From: Priapulus caudatus
Lineage: Eukaryota
DNA length: 64,000 bases
Assembly (NCBI RefSeq): GCF_000485595.1
Contig: NW_014577089.1
Coordinates: forward strand, 287,485 to 351,484
Reading direction: 5' to 3'
Shown here piece by piece: positions 34,601 through 48,400 of this stretch; position 1 is the first letter of the stretch; every line of letters starts with the position of its first letter. The translations under genes and the position numbers were made by a program. A model generated the notes under the pieces. The model was not told the DNA's origin and did not search any database. It saw only the letters and a list, made by a program, of their open reading frames with translations.

Positions 34601-37600
34601 AGTCATTCTACTGTGTAGCTAAAATGATGGTGTCAGTACTTTTCAGCTTGCCTGACATAGTTTTCAACTATAGCAGAATATCAAAACGTGTGTCCATACA
34701 TCTTGTCCTTCCATCTCCTCAAAATGATAGCTGGATAAGTCGATCTGATCGTCTTACATTAATTGTTAATATTTTACATGGTGACTATTAGAAAATATGT
34801 TGTCTGGTCCAAGCTGGATATTAATAGTCAAATGTCAAGGGCTGAAAGGAAAACAAAACTGCCTTCAGTAATGTAAGGTATATATGACTGCTGTCATTGG
34901 TGTCATACACTCATGCTGTTGCATTGCAAATCTAAACAGCTTCACCAAGAACTTTTCTATGCGATAAAAAAATTATATTTTCAATTAAAATGACCAAAGT
35001 ATCTGAAATAGTTATATTTGTATGTGGTACAGATTCCATGTGCACCTAATTCTCCTGTCTATTGGCAAGAGGAAATAAATAGCTTCCTCTGTGTATAGAG
35101 CATAGCAATCGCAATTCGAACCAGATGTGTTGTTGTGTGATGTTATCTGCCTTCGTAATTTGTTAGAGAAGCTACATGTAATTGTGCTATGTAGATATGT
35201 ACTCAGTGGCTGAGCACATTTTGACAATAATTGTATCCCCCGCGACAAAGTCGGCGGGGATACTATGGTTTCATATCTGTACAGCCGCCGCCGCTAGGCC
35301 CCTAATTGACCTAGCGTGACCAAACTTGGTCTACTTACACATCTTGGGGAGAAGGTGTGCAGCGTACCAAAACCAGGTCACTGCGACCTTTATTTGACCG
35401 TTATCTTGACCTTGATCATATTTCCATTCCGCTCTATAACTCGGCCCCTAATTGACCTAGCGCTACCAAAACCAGGTCACTACGACCTTTATTTGTCCTT
35501 TACCTTGACTTTGATCATATTTCCTTTCCGCTCTATAACTCGGCCCCTAATTGACCTAGCGCTACCAAAACCAGGTCACTACGACCTTTATTTGACCTAT
35601 ACCTTGACCTTGATCATATTTCTCTTTCACTCTATAACTCAGCCCCTAATTGACCTAGCGCTACCAAACTTGGTATACTTACACATCTTGGGGAGAAGGT
35701 GTGTCGCGTACCAAAACCAGGTTACTACGACCTTTATTTGATCTTTACTTTGACCTTGATCATATTTCCCTTCCGCTCTATAACTCGGCCCCTAATTGAC
35801 CTAGCGCTACCAAACTTGGTATACTTACACATCTTGGGGAGAATCTGTGTCGCGTACCAAAACCAGGTCACTGCGGCTTTTATTTGACCTTGACCTTGAC
35901 CTTGACCTTGATTGTATTTTCCTTCCGCTCTATAATTCGGCCCCTAATTGACCTAGCGCGACCAAACTTGGTATACTTACACATCTTGGGGAGAAGGTGT
36001 GTTACGTACCGAAACCAGGTCACTGCAACCTTTATTTGACATTGACCTTGACCTTAACCTTCATCATATTTCCCTTCCGCTCTATAACTCGGCCCCTAAT
36101 TGACCTAGCGCGACCAAACTTCGTATACTTACACATCTTGGGGAGAACACGGGGGATACATGTAGTTGGCGACAACTACCCTTTCTAGTTATACAATGTC
36201 TTTGCTGTTGCATGAGTTGTAAATCACAAGGAAGACTTCAGTTCACATAATTTAACTTCAGGTTCCACTAGTTCCACAGGTTCTATTAGTAGGTATAGAT
36301 AATGAATTTTAAAATATTTTTGTTTCAGATGTAGTACTGTAGATTCTTAGGGGTCGTTCACAATTATCAACATTTTCACAAGCGTACAAAGCGTACACTT
36401 TTTCGAAACCCCCCTCCCCCCTAAAAGTGTCCGAAGAAAAATTATGATTTTTTTCAGACTATAAATTCTACATAGAGAATGAATTACATGCAAAACCGCC
36501 ATCGTGCCGGTTGTTTACACTGCTCTCGGCTGCCAGCTAGGTTTGTTGAGCGGGCCCGTGCGGGGCGCGGGCCTGCCGGGGCTCGCTGCATCATGGCGTG
36601 AGGATGCGCGCGATGCCGGCTGTGGCGCGCGGCGAGGGAAATGGATCGACATTTTTCGGAAATGCTGAAAGCGTACGGCGGGCATTGACCCCCTACCCCC
36701 CCCCCCAGCGTACGGTTTGTACGCTTGTGAAAGTGTTGATAATTGTGAACGATCCCTTAATAGTGGTGTATCTTTTGCAGCTTGTTATAAACAATCTGAA
36801 GCAGTTTAACTGTGCTGTGATGGGCACGAGGCCCCTGTACCAGGTGGAAACCATCCTGGCCTCACCTGACGTCATTCTACATCCAGCCGTGAATGAAATC
36901 TACAAACTGATGATTGGTTGTGTCAGGGATGTAGTCGATGGGCAAGTAGTAAAGTATTATAGTATATTGTATGAGCTTATTGGTCATCCATGTGATAACA
37001 ATGACAAACAAAGGATTTAGTCATCAAAGTAGGACACGTTTATAAGCTAGATAACCATTCACATGAGAGTAATAGTACACATAATGTGTATTTGTAGCAC
37101 AAAGCTGTTTATCCGGTGGATGCATGGCTCCTGTATAGAAACTCCTCCACAGAAGGTGGCGAACCAAGATGAGCCAGTTGTGTTCAGCTTCTTCTCTGAT
37201 ATTCCTAACCATCCAGAAGTTTGTGCCCTACTGGTCAGTTTACAAGGTGAGTGCACGGGTCTCAATGTATATGTGTTGCTAATAATATGCTCTGAGTTAA
37301 GGATTAGCTGCATATGTTCACCAATCTGCAGTGGGGTATGTAGTCATTCTGTATTTATTAGCTGCTGCAATGCACAGTACTGATGGAGGAATATGGTGAA
37401 TTGTGGTAGTAACATGACAGTGTTAATTACCACTCATGCTCACTCTCATGTATACCACACTATGCAGTCTACATTGTGCTGTAATTCGCCTGTTTAACAC
37501 GCCTGGGGTGATGATATAAGTTGTTTCATTCAGAGTGTATTTATTTTGGTTATTAATTCTAATCTTGACCTGTAAACACACTCATGAACTGCTGGTAGCA

Positions 37601-40600
37601 GGTGCATATTTAGCCATGGTTCTTAATTGTATCCACTTTTGTTGTGTCTCTTGTGAACGAATTATAAAGATATTGTTTACTATAAGGTGATTAATTGTCT
37701 TCTTAACATGTATTCTTCAGAATCATAGATGAAGACTGTTGTAACTTTAGACATTTCAAACTGTCACAAGTAAAGCAGCAAATAAAACATTGAACTTTCT
37801 TATTAATGATGTTTCCAGAAGTAACTGATATTATTCTTATTCTAAATGGCACAATATATGTATATCTCGATAGCAAATATCCAAAAGGTGTTGGCTGGCC
37901 TACAGAGAACACTTGGTTCATGGAAGAAGTATAGGAACCTATGGAAGTATGACAAATCGGAGACGACAGAGAAATGGGCCAATCGAAATCCATCTGTTGT
38001 CAGTTATGATGATAAGTTACAGTACTACACTAAGCAAGCAGAGGAGGTAATTAATTTTACTGTGTTGAATTGTTTTCCTGCTAAATGTCGTTATTGAATC
38101 TTCCTGAATTTATTTCAGCTATCTATACTGACTACATATATATTACAGTACACCGTATACTGTTATGAGATACTAACTAAATATACTCACCTAAAAAACT
38201 CATTGTTTTTATCTAGTATTGTAGTATATGAGCACACTGAGCCATTTATTCTCTGTCTAGCCCCCTTACCTGATTCAACAAAGGTTTTAATAGTATCTAG
38301 TGGCAAACTTTGTGTGTGCCAATGTTTATACATGTGTACAAATTAATGTAATATTACAGATTGGCAGCTTACCTGCAGTACGGGATCAGGACTGTGTGAG
38401 ACTGCACCTGGCACCACTCATTAGTATGGTGCAAGAACATTGCAGGCAGTGGGTGCAGAGTCTTGGAGAACACATGCACATCTCAGCAAAGGACATGCTG
38501 ATGTTACTCAGGGATGACCTCCAGGTGGGCTACATAAACCTACTCTATCTGTTTTCTGTTTGCAACTGTTACTGTTTTTAATTGACAAATTCGTAAGGAA
38601 TAGAAAGAAGAAATCATAGAAGCTAATTGAATAGAGAATATATAATTACAGTAAACAATTAATATGTAATATTTAGGTGGATTGTGCTATGATACGTATC
38701 GTTTTTAATGTTTTAGTAACTATTTTGTTATTTTTAAAATACAAATTAACGTTGATTGAATTACAATACACAGGCCTTGTTTATTCATCCAGAAATCTGC
38801 TGAAGACCTGCAGAAGGTTCCTGCTAGTCTAGACGACCTGAAGTGTGTGCTGAGAGCCATTCAGGATATACGTGATATGTCTCTTATGGTGGAGTCACGC
38901 ATCGTAGATATACAGGAAAGATACCGCACACTCGCCACATATGATATCGAGGTAAATTGATGTGCTAGCGTTTGTGTTACTAACTTTAAGTTAACTGTTG
39001 TTAGGCTTTTGAATAAAAATGTTGGTTGCTGCAGTCGAGAATAAAACACGTTTTTCTTGCATGTCATAATTACATGTCTCACTTGATGATGATGATTGAT
39101 GATTTATTCAAGTAATATACAAACTTGTTATTGTCTTCAAATCCAATCATTTCGTTCGAAAGTTTGTGAACACAAGAATATCTGAATTGTCTCATTGAGT
39201 AACCGAGTTATAAAACTAAAACTAAAAACTTTTTCTTGTGGCTGGATGTTTTGTGTGTGTAGGTACCTAGTGAGGAAGCAGAGCTAGCAGATCACATCCG
39301 CAACATATGGGACGAGCTCGTGTACAACTCGAAGCGTGTTGATGCCACCCTGATCTCTGTCAAGAAAAAGTTCACCAATGTAAACCAACCTTGATCTCAC
39401 TATTTCGTGACACCATATACAATTGGAAAATTATCCATAATAACTTAATTAAGTATAATAAGTGCTTTAAGGTGGTTACGTGTAGTTGTTCGTGGTTGTT
39501 GTTCAGGAGACTGACGTAGTCGAACAGTAGAAAATTGACAGTGGAGTATCATTGATGAAAACCAGGATTTATTGGAACTCAAAATGAAGGCAAAAGTAAA
39601 CACTAAAAGCTAGCTCAGCAGCAGCTTCTCACTGGCAATGATAAAAGCAAGCAGTGCTCACGCTCCCGGGCTGCGTATTTCATTCTCGCGTGCCCACCAG
39701 GCGTCTCTGATATGACTACTTGTAGCTGAATAAGGTTTAATAATGCTATACTGTATACATTGAATATACACTTAATTCTATCTCCCCCAAACCAAACGTT
39801 GTCTCACTGACGAGACTCGTCCTTGAATGTCGGCTGTTTACCAACTACACATAAAGCGGTAATTATAATTGCTATGGTATTGCGGTGTTGAATCAATCTG
39901 CCAAGGTATGTGTACAGTTTTACGAGTAAGTTTGATGGAAATCTATAAAGTAGTTTAAAACATGCTTCTAATTCCCCTGTGTTCTTATTTCATTTTATAG
40001 ATTACAAAGAGTCAAATTGCTCAGTTTGGAAATGAGTTGGCTGTGTTTGCAGAAAGATTCCATTCTGAAGGACCAGGAGCCGTGGGCCTTGATCTTGATA
40101 AAGGTATGATACTTCTTTATTTGAATGGTCTGTTGACATAAAATTACGTGATTCATATAAGTTATAATAGACACATGCACACACACACATGCACAGACAT
40201 ACACATGCACGTGTGAGATGATTTGTTGAAAAGGGTGTTTAGAGAATTGCAGATATTGCCAAATTAAAATGGTAACTCAATACCAGAAGAAGCACATGCT
40301 GCATAGCATCATTATACATAGATTTGTTGAAAGAGGTGTTTAGAGAATTGCAGATATTGCCAAATTATAGTGGTAACTCAATACCAGAAGAAGCACATGC
40401 TGCATAGCATCATTATACATAGAAATTCTGTTTAGACTTGGTTACGTAAATTGGCACATTGTGGCAGGGATTGATATCGATCCTTAGACATTTACAAGTA
40501 GATGGTCACTGCTCAACTGTATGTGCATATCCGTCACCTTTTAAAGATTGCATTTGTAACACAACGTGGGTACATGCCGCACCGTTTTATTGGTACGTAA

Positions 40601-43600
40601 AGGTGTTGAAATGCTGAAGAGATATAACCAAGAGGTACAGATGTATGAAAACCAGCGTCAGGAACTGGGCAATGCTGAGAAGTTGTTCGACCTGTCAATT
40701 ACTATGTACCCGGACCTCAACAAGGTGTCAAAGGAGATGACAGGGCTTCAGCTGATCTATGCAGTCTATGAAGAACAGAAGGTACATCTATAATTATCCA
40801 GGGATTGTTAGAGATGTGTACTATTTATACCTAAACTTTCTTGTATTCTGTTAATCCTTCAGTTGCCTTTTGTCCTACTAAATGACCTAGGTGTGCTGTG
40901 GTGATTGGATGGCAGCTAATGCCCTAATATAATGATCAAATGATTTTAAAAGATGTGCACTGGTATTTATGTGTTTAACGTGTTATTAAAGTGTTTGCTT
41001 TTGCCCAAAATTATTTTAATATAATAATAATTATTCTTCAAAAATTGATTGTAATTTAGTGAAATTATACTTCCAGATAGAAGAGAGGGTTTTACTGTAA
41101 AAAACTGACAGCTGTGTAATTATTCTATGAATGTGCCTGGCAGCCTGCTAGCATTGTGGATTATTTCTGTTAAAAACGTCATTGAGCTTTATCCAGATGT
41201 GGTGGTTTATCCAATATAATGGTGGAGAAATAACATAAAACTGTATTTGCAAACAATTACATGTTTATGAAGTGGTTAATTTATTGTTATTGTGGGCATT
41301 TCATAAAAGTATGAGAAATGTTTCTAAATAATGCGTTACTATTGCATGAACACAGAAAACGAGAGAGAGTTGGTCACAGACACTGTGGGCGAATTTGAAC
41401 ATCCAAGTACTCCAGGACGGTATCGAAGCCTTCATCAAGCAGGTGAAACGTCTTCCAAAAGAGGCTAGATATTTGCCAGTTGCCAAGGTTGTTGAAGAGA
41501 AGCTAAAAGAATTCAAGGACTCTGTGCCACTGTTTGCCGACCTGAAGCACGAAGCACTCAGGGAACGGTATGTGGGAAGACAATGTTCCAGGAAGATTGT
41601 GTTTTATTGTCAATGAGGCAAATCTTTCAAATTAAAATTCCTATTTAAAAATCGTTCAATGGAATCTGGTAGCATTTTAGTTTCTGTGGACTTATATGTA
41701 CAGGCATTGGAAAGAACTCATGGAGAAAACAGGCAAATCGTTTGACATGAACCCTGACATTTTCACTCTCGATAACCTTTTTGCTATGGAGCTACACAAC
41801 TTCCAAATGGTCATTCTGGAGATAGTCACAACAGCCTCAAAGGAGCTCAGCATTGAAAAGGTATTGCCTTTCATCACAGTTTCTAGTGAGGCTATATATC
41901 TTCTTATTTCTTATGTATGTTCTTCGTTTAAAAGACGGTAGGGTCAGTAAAGGATTACAATCAGGTTCAGTAAGCAACTAGTTTTTTGTAATCATTTTGT
42001 TTCCTTAATCATAATTGGTAATTTGACTTTCATGATTAACAGAGTGATGACTTACTACAACTCCTAGTACTGTGTTACCCAGGCTGAAATGCAATCGAGT
42101 ATTACCTAGACTTGTCAGAGTGCATGGATTTAATAGGCCATGTATTAACTACCTAGGGTGTGAAAGAGGTGACAGAGGTGTGGGACAACATGCGCTTCAA
42201 TGTGATCAAGTACACTAAGGGAAAGGAGGATCGAGGCTATGTGCTTGGCACGGTGGATGAGGTTCTGCAGATCCTCGATGACAATGCCATGAATCTGCAG
42301 AGCATGTCTGCGTCGCGCTTCGTCGGTCCGTTCCTAAACACAGTACAGCAGTGGGAAAAGAGCTTGTCGTTGATAAGTGAGGTTTTAGAGGTAGGAAAAC
42401 TGATACTGTACGCGATCGCGAATTTAAAAATGCATAATTTAGGCATGTGCACTTTTATAACACATGTTATAGAAAAAAATGCATAATGATGATCTGCATT
42501 TAAGTCTTATGGTTGTAATGTCGATGTCCATAACATGACATATGGTATATAAGTGTACACCACGCTGCTTTTTTTGCAGTCCAGCTGCAGCAGTTCTGTT
42601 TTCATTTTGTTTACACTTCATTAACACATGAATTATTACACGGCTCACGATGCAGGTGTGGATGGTTGTGCAAAGAAAATGGATGTACCTGGAGAGCATA
42701 TTCATTGGTGGAGATATTAGAACGCAGCTGCCAGAAGAAGCTAGAAAGTTTGACATCATCGACAAGACATTCAAGAAGGTATGATAGACGTCAGGCATGT
42801 TCTGATAATACCCCATATCAATTGTTCTATCTACTATATATATATAGCGATTCAAATATGCATTATCATAGTGAGTTTTAAACAGAATATTGTATTACTC
42901 TAATTCCACATGTTTATTGATTTATTTATCTGATTATCCACCGTTAACCAGACACCCAATCTGTTTTCAGCACTGTTCTCCATAAAAGCTTTGACCCATG
43001 TAGTAAATTATTGTGGCGTATTCCCTATGCTCACAACACTGAGATCCGTTATATATATGACCGCATTCGATAACAGATCATGTCAGACACGGCGAAGAGA
43101 CCCAACATTAAGGAGTCGTGTCACGTACCAAACCGTTTGACAGAGCTAGAGGAGCTCAGCATGGGACTGGAGCGCTGTCAGAAAAGCCTTAACGACTATC
43201 TCGACTCCAAGCGCAATGCTTTCCCTCGCTTCTTCTTCATCTCTGATGACGAGCTCTTGTCAATTCTTGGCAGCAGTGATCCTCAGTGTGTGCAAGAGCA
43301 CATGATAAAGGCAAGGTCACACGGTTCAATGCTCATATGCCGTAGCCATCATATTTTCATTGACTGGATGCAAGTAATTGAGTACTTAGTTACAATGACT
43401 GCAGCTATGAAAGTATCATCATAAGAAACTCCCAAGCGTCATTTCACCTTTCCAGACAAACCACACATGAATCAAGTGTGGATTGTATGGAACGGTGAAA
43501 TGACGCTTGGGAGTTTCTTTTGTAGTAACTCTATATAGCATGCTCACCAATCATTTATGGTTTTCTTGTCACCTTAGTAGCAGGGTAAAAAATACATGGG

Positions 43601-45354
43601 AGCGATGAGCGATTCGCTCTTCAAACCTCCGAAATCGCTCCCGTGAGGCTCAAAATAGCTCCCGTAAAAATTTTGACGAGAGCTATTTTTCCCACAGACT
43701 TGAAAAAGAGCTCCCGTGAAAAAAAAAGAAATGTTTCCCCTGCTTAGTAGTTGTAAGTCGTTTACATTTCAATTGTTCATTTGTGGTAGATGTATGACAA
43801 CATAGCCAGCTTACGCTTCGAGAGAGGCGCGGGCTCAGAGCTAGTCGCCACAGCAGTGGTTTCGGGAGAGGGTGAAGAGATGGTGTTTCGCAAATCGATT
43901 CCTGCAGAGGGACGGGTTGAGGACTGGATGACCAACGTTCTGCAAGAGGCATGGCGAACTAACCGCCTGCTCACCAAGGAGGCGATATTCTACTACTGTG
44001 ACAATGTTTCAAGGTGAACAAACTGGCTTTAGGAACAGCGCACCATAAACGAAATTCGAACATGTCTCCTGACTAAATAATATCATTGGAACCAGTTATA
44101 CGTAGGTGGTCGTGAGAGATCTCTTCTGACATGCTCTTGCAGAGTAGACTGGATGCTGCGGCACCAGGGCATGGTGTGTCTGGCAGCAAACCAGGTGTGG
44201 TGGACCTGGCAAGTAGAAGACGTTTTCAAAAAGGTGAAGCAAGGTGATAAGATGGCCTTGAAGCAATATGCAAGATCATTGCATGGACAGATAAATGATC
44301 TAGTCACAAAGGTTAATGTCTATTATTCATACATAAGTGGAAAAGAAATTGCTGTTGCTGTGTTATTTATCTATCTTTAGTTATGACATCCTTAAGTGCA
44401 TAACTTGTGTATATGTGCCATTAAAGCAATTGACTTAATTGGTATGTGATAAAAAACTGCTGACTCCACGCAAGTGGTTAATTATTTATATGCTTTGTAG
44501 ATGAATTCAAATGTCATTTATAGAGAGAAGATTGATCATGCTTGAATGGTTTCCATTCAGGAATAAAAAAATAAAAAATAAAAAAAAGTATATAATAAAT
44601 TTGGGTTGAGCTCAAGTTTGTGCAAAATATTTTTAACTTAGACACATGTACTGACATGTATGGTACTTGTATCAACATAGAGATCATTGCATAATGTGTG
44701 ATTATGATGTCATTACATGCAGTTGTGATTTGTTATGCAGGTGCGATCGCAATTGACCAGCAATGAGCGTAAGAAGTTCAACTCTGTACTTATCATTGAC
44801 GTACATGCTAGAGACATCGTAGATGGCTTCGTCAGGGACAGGTAGATGCTTAAACCAAGCTAGTCAGTTGAGCCCATTATCCAGTTGGTGAAAGTTCCCT
44901 GTATTGAGTTTTATAATTGGAATAATAACAAAAATGAATACCAACAGTAAGTGTATAAGCTGGGATATGTGAGGTTGTATTTATTATATCAGTTTTGATT
45001 ATTGTTCACTCTGATAATAGATAAATGATTTGTCTATATAAATGATCTGTGGTAGCTGTGACAAATCGTTGCTTATTGACTTGATCTGTAACAGCATTAT
45101 GGATGCTGAAGAGTTTGAATGGGAGAGTCAGTTACGCTTCTACTGGCACCGTGAGTTGGACAATCTGATGGTACAGCAATGCTCCGGAGCCTTTGCATAT
45201 GGGTTTGTTGCGTTTATTTTGCATTACAACTTCAATTTTGCCTTTCATCCTGTATAGTACTCATTATTAGTCATGTTAGTATTCATTTGCTATTAAAATT
45301 TATGATGCACACACACGCGTGCACATGCGCACACACGTGTGCGCACACACACAC

Positions 45355-45424
<70 letters not shown>

Positions 45425-48400
45425 ATGTGTATGTGTATATGTCTGTATATTAATAAAAATAACATTAAACAATTAATTGTTCAAGTTAAATTCGGAAGTT
45501 TGTATTGTATAGCTTGCAACATCGTTTGTGATTACTGATATTAATTTTCATGCTTGGTCTGACACGTATTTTCTTCATCTTGTAAAATTAACAATCTGGC
45601 AGACCGCTAGCAGGCAGGTTGCTATATATTTTGTGCCAGTATAACTAGGTAAAATTTCATTTTTTTAAATATTTTCCAGCTACGAGTACATGGGATTAAA
45701 TGGTCGATTGGTCATTACTCCACTGACTGATCGCATCTACCTGACCATAACACAGGCACTGTCCATGCAGCTTGGTGGTGCCCCTGCTGGTCCTGCTGGT
45801 ACAGGGAAAACAGAGACAACCAAGGACCTGGCAAAAGCTCTAGGATTGCTGTGTGTTGTCACCAACTGTGGGGAAGGGATGGACTACAAGGTGGGCTAAT
45901 CCTAGCATGAACACTGTTATAGTCAGGGTTCCGTCCACGGTGGGCGGCGGTGGGCGGGTGTGCCCGGCACTCGCGGTTGCCGCCCGGCACTATATATCTC
46001 CGCCCGGCACTGGCTTTTAGCACGGCACATCGCTCAGAATGCAGGAAATTGAGTTTCATGCAGACTATCAAAAATCAACAATTTTCAGGGGGGGCATGCC
46101 CCCGGACCCCCCTAGATTGGCTTCGCGCCTACGGCGTTTGCATCTTGGGACTTTGTCGCAACTGGATGCGCCCGGCACTAAAAAATCCTGGGCAGAACCC
46201 TGTATAGTTATATATCATGTACATGTGTGTTTAGTTTCACCTTTTGTGAAATTTCTAGAAATTTGCTCTAGGCTTTGTTGCAGTTAGTACACATCAATTT
46301 GGAGCTATATTCCTAAGGATGACTGCTGCGATGACTATATAGTATCATTCAGAGAGAATTACTTCCTGGATTGTGCATGTTACAAAGTGTATTTATGTGT
46401 TCCTAAAAATATTTGTATACCTAAAATAATATATTTTAAACGTATATTATGTTAACTTGCAGTTATATATGTATCGTGATAATGGGTAATATTACAAGGA
46501 ATGTGTCACAGCTCAAAATATAGCATTGAAGTGGTGATTTCCAGGCATTTGTATCTGCGCGGTATCTTTCTTTTACTTTATCTTTACTGTGCATTTAACG
46601 TTTTCACCATGTCTAACACTACAATTTTGTCAACTCATCTTCGTGTTCTGTGTGTGCAGGCAGTAGGTAAGATCTTCTCTGGTCTGGCACAGTGTGGAGC
46701 ATGGGGGTGCTTTGATGAGTTTAATCGAATCGACGTGTCAGTGCTGTCAGTCATTTCATCACAGTTGAAGACCATCCAGAATGCACTCATAATGAAACTG
46801 AAGCGATTTCAGGTATATGTGATTGTCACTAAACATTAGCAATTCATATTTATTTATCTTTAATGTTTTTACATCTGTTTGCCTGTTCAAAGCTTTGCAA
46901 CATGTAACATATTACTGTACATATCATTTGTGCATTCTCTAATAAAACGTGAATTTGATAAACACAGTGGCATGTGATATATGTATACTAAATGTATGTG
47001 TGTGCATGCGTGCGTGCGTGCGTGCGTGTATAAATTATGAACTTAACTAATGAGGAATTATGAAGTCATTTTTAAAACCATGCAACTGCTGATTTCCTTC
47101 TTGAGTGTCACCTATGGGTTTTAGGAAGCACTGCAGCTAGGGTTAGGCTAGTGCTGTAATCATTACCCTAACCCTAAAACAAACCTTGAACTATATATCA
47201 TTAACCTGCACTTAATCACGTGTAGGGCGTGCATTACTGTCTCCTGAACGTTTTATGTGTATCTGTAGTTCGAGGGTCAGGAGATCTCTCTGGATTGTAA
47301 GATGGGCATATTCATCACGATGAATCCGGGCTATGCAGGACGCACAGAGCTTCCAGAGAGCGTGAAAGCACTGTTTCGACCGGTTGTCTGTATTGTACCA
47401 GACCTGCAGCAAATCTGTGAAATAATGCTCTTCTCTGAGGGCTTTCTTCATGCCAAGGTATACACGCATCTGTTGCATGAAAGGAATGGTCGTCACTCCC
47501 AATGTTGAGAGTGTCACTGTTTTACTTCACAGATTGAATGTTGCTTAACAAATTGTCCAAGTCAGCATAATGTAATTCTGTTTAAAATCTGTCTGAGGAG
47601 AACGTATGACTGTGGTTATTGTACTTATATCCCGTATGCATTCACAGTTATAAATGTATAGACGTATATTGCACTGGCCTCTCCTTTATTATGGTTATTT
47701 AGATGACTCGGTAATATACATATGTACACACCTTCAACTTATAACTCTTCAGGTTCTTGCCAAAAAGATGACCGTGTTGTATAAACTTGCCAAGGAGCAG
47801 CTGTCCAAGCAACATCACTATGACTTTGGCCTCCGAGCACTGAAGTCTGTGTTGGTCATGGCAGGAGAGTTAAAGAGAGGTTCTCCCAATCTATCCGAGG
47901 TGAAATTCAGAACCCCTGTTGGCATTTTATATATATGTGTGTGTGCGTGCATGCGTGCTTGTGTGCGTGCGTGGTATGCATGGTACGTATGTATGTATAT
48001 TGTGACAAAATATAATGTTCTGGCTCTATACAGTGTTATCCCAGTGCAAATACAGTAAATTCACTAGGCCATAAGCATATATACATATATAACAGTGATG
48101 TATCGGCATGAAATTTGACATTATACTATTGTTTATTGAGATTGTTCGAATCTCAAATAGTTGTTGTTTTGAAATATAATCCAAAATTCAAAGATATAGT
48201 TAGTGTCTACATGATGAGCACTAAATGCTGTTCTTTAACGTTCCCAATCACTGGGGATGAGTAGCATCGGTGTATGAGATGATATCAGTACATACGTATA
48301 AATGATAAGGGCTGCACTACATATGTGTAATTGAATATAATCAATTTAGGACGTTTTCATAAATTAGACACGGTCACATGCACACAAAACAGGGAAATTT

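Noticed and set aside
39480..39849. Possible solo LTR or MITE (gtgtagttg...caactacac)
   Set aside because: Only a short terminal inverted match and no convincing TSD.
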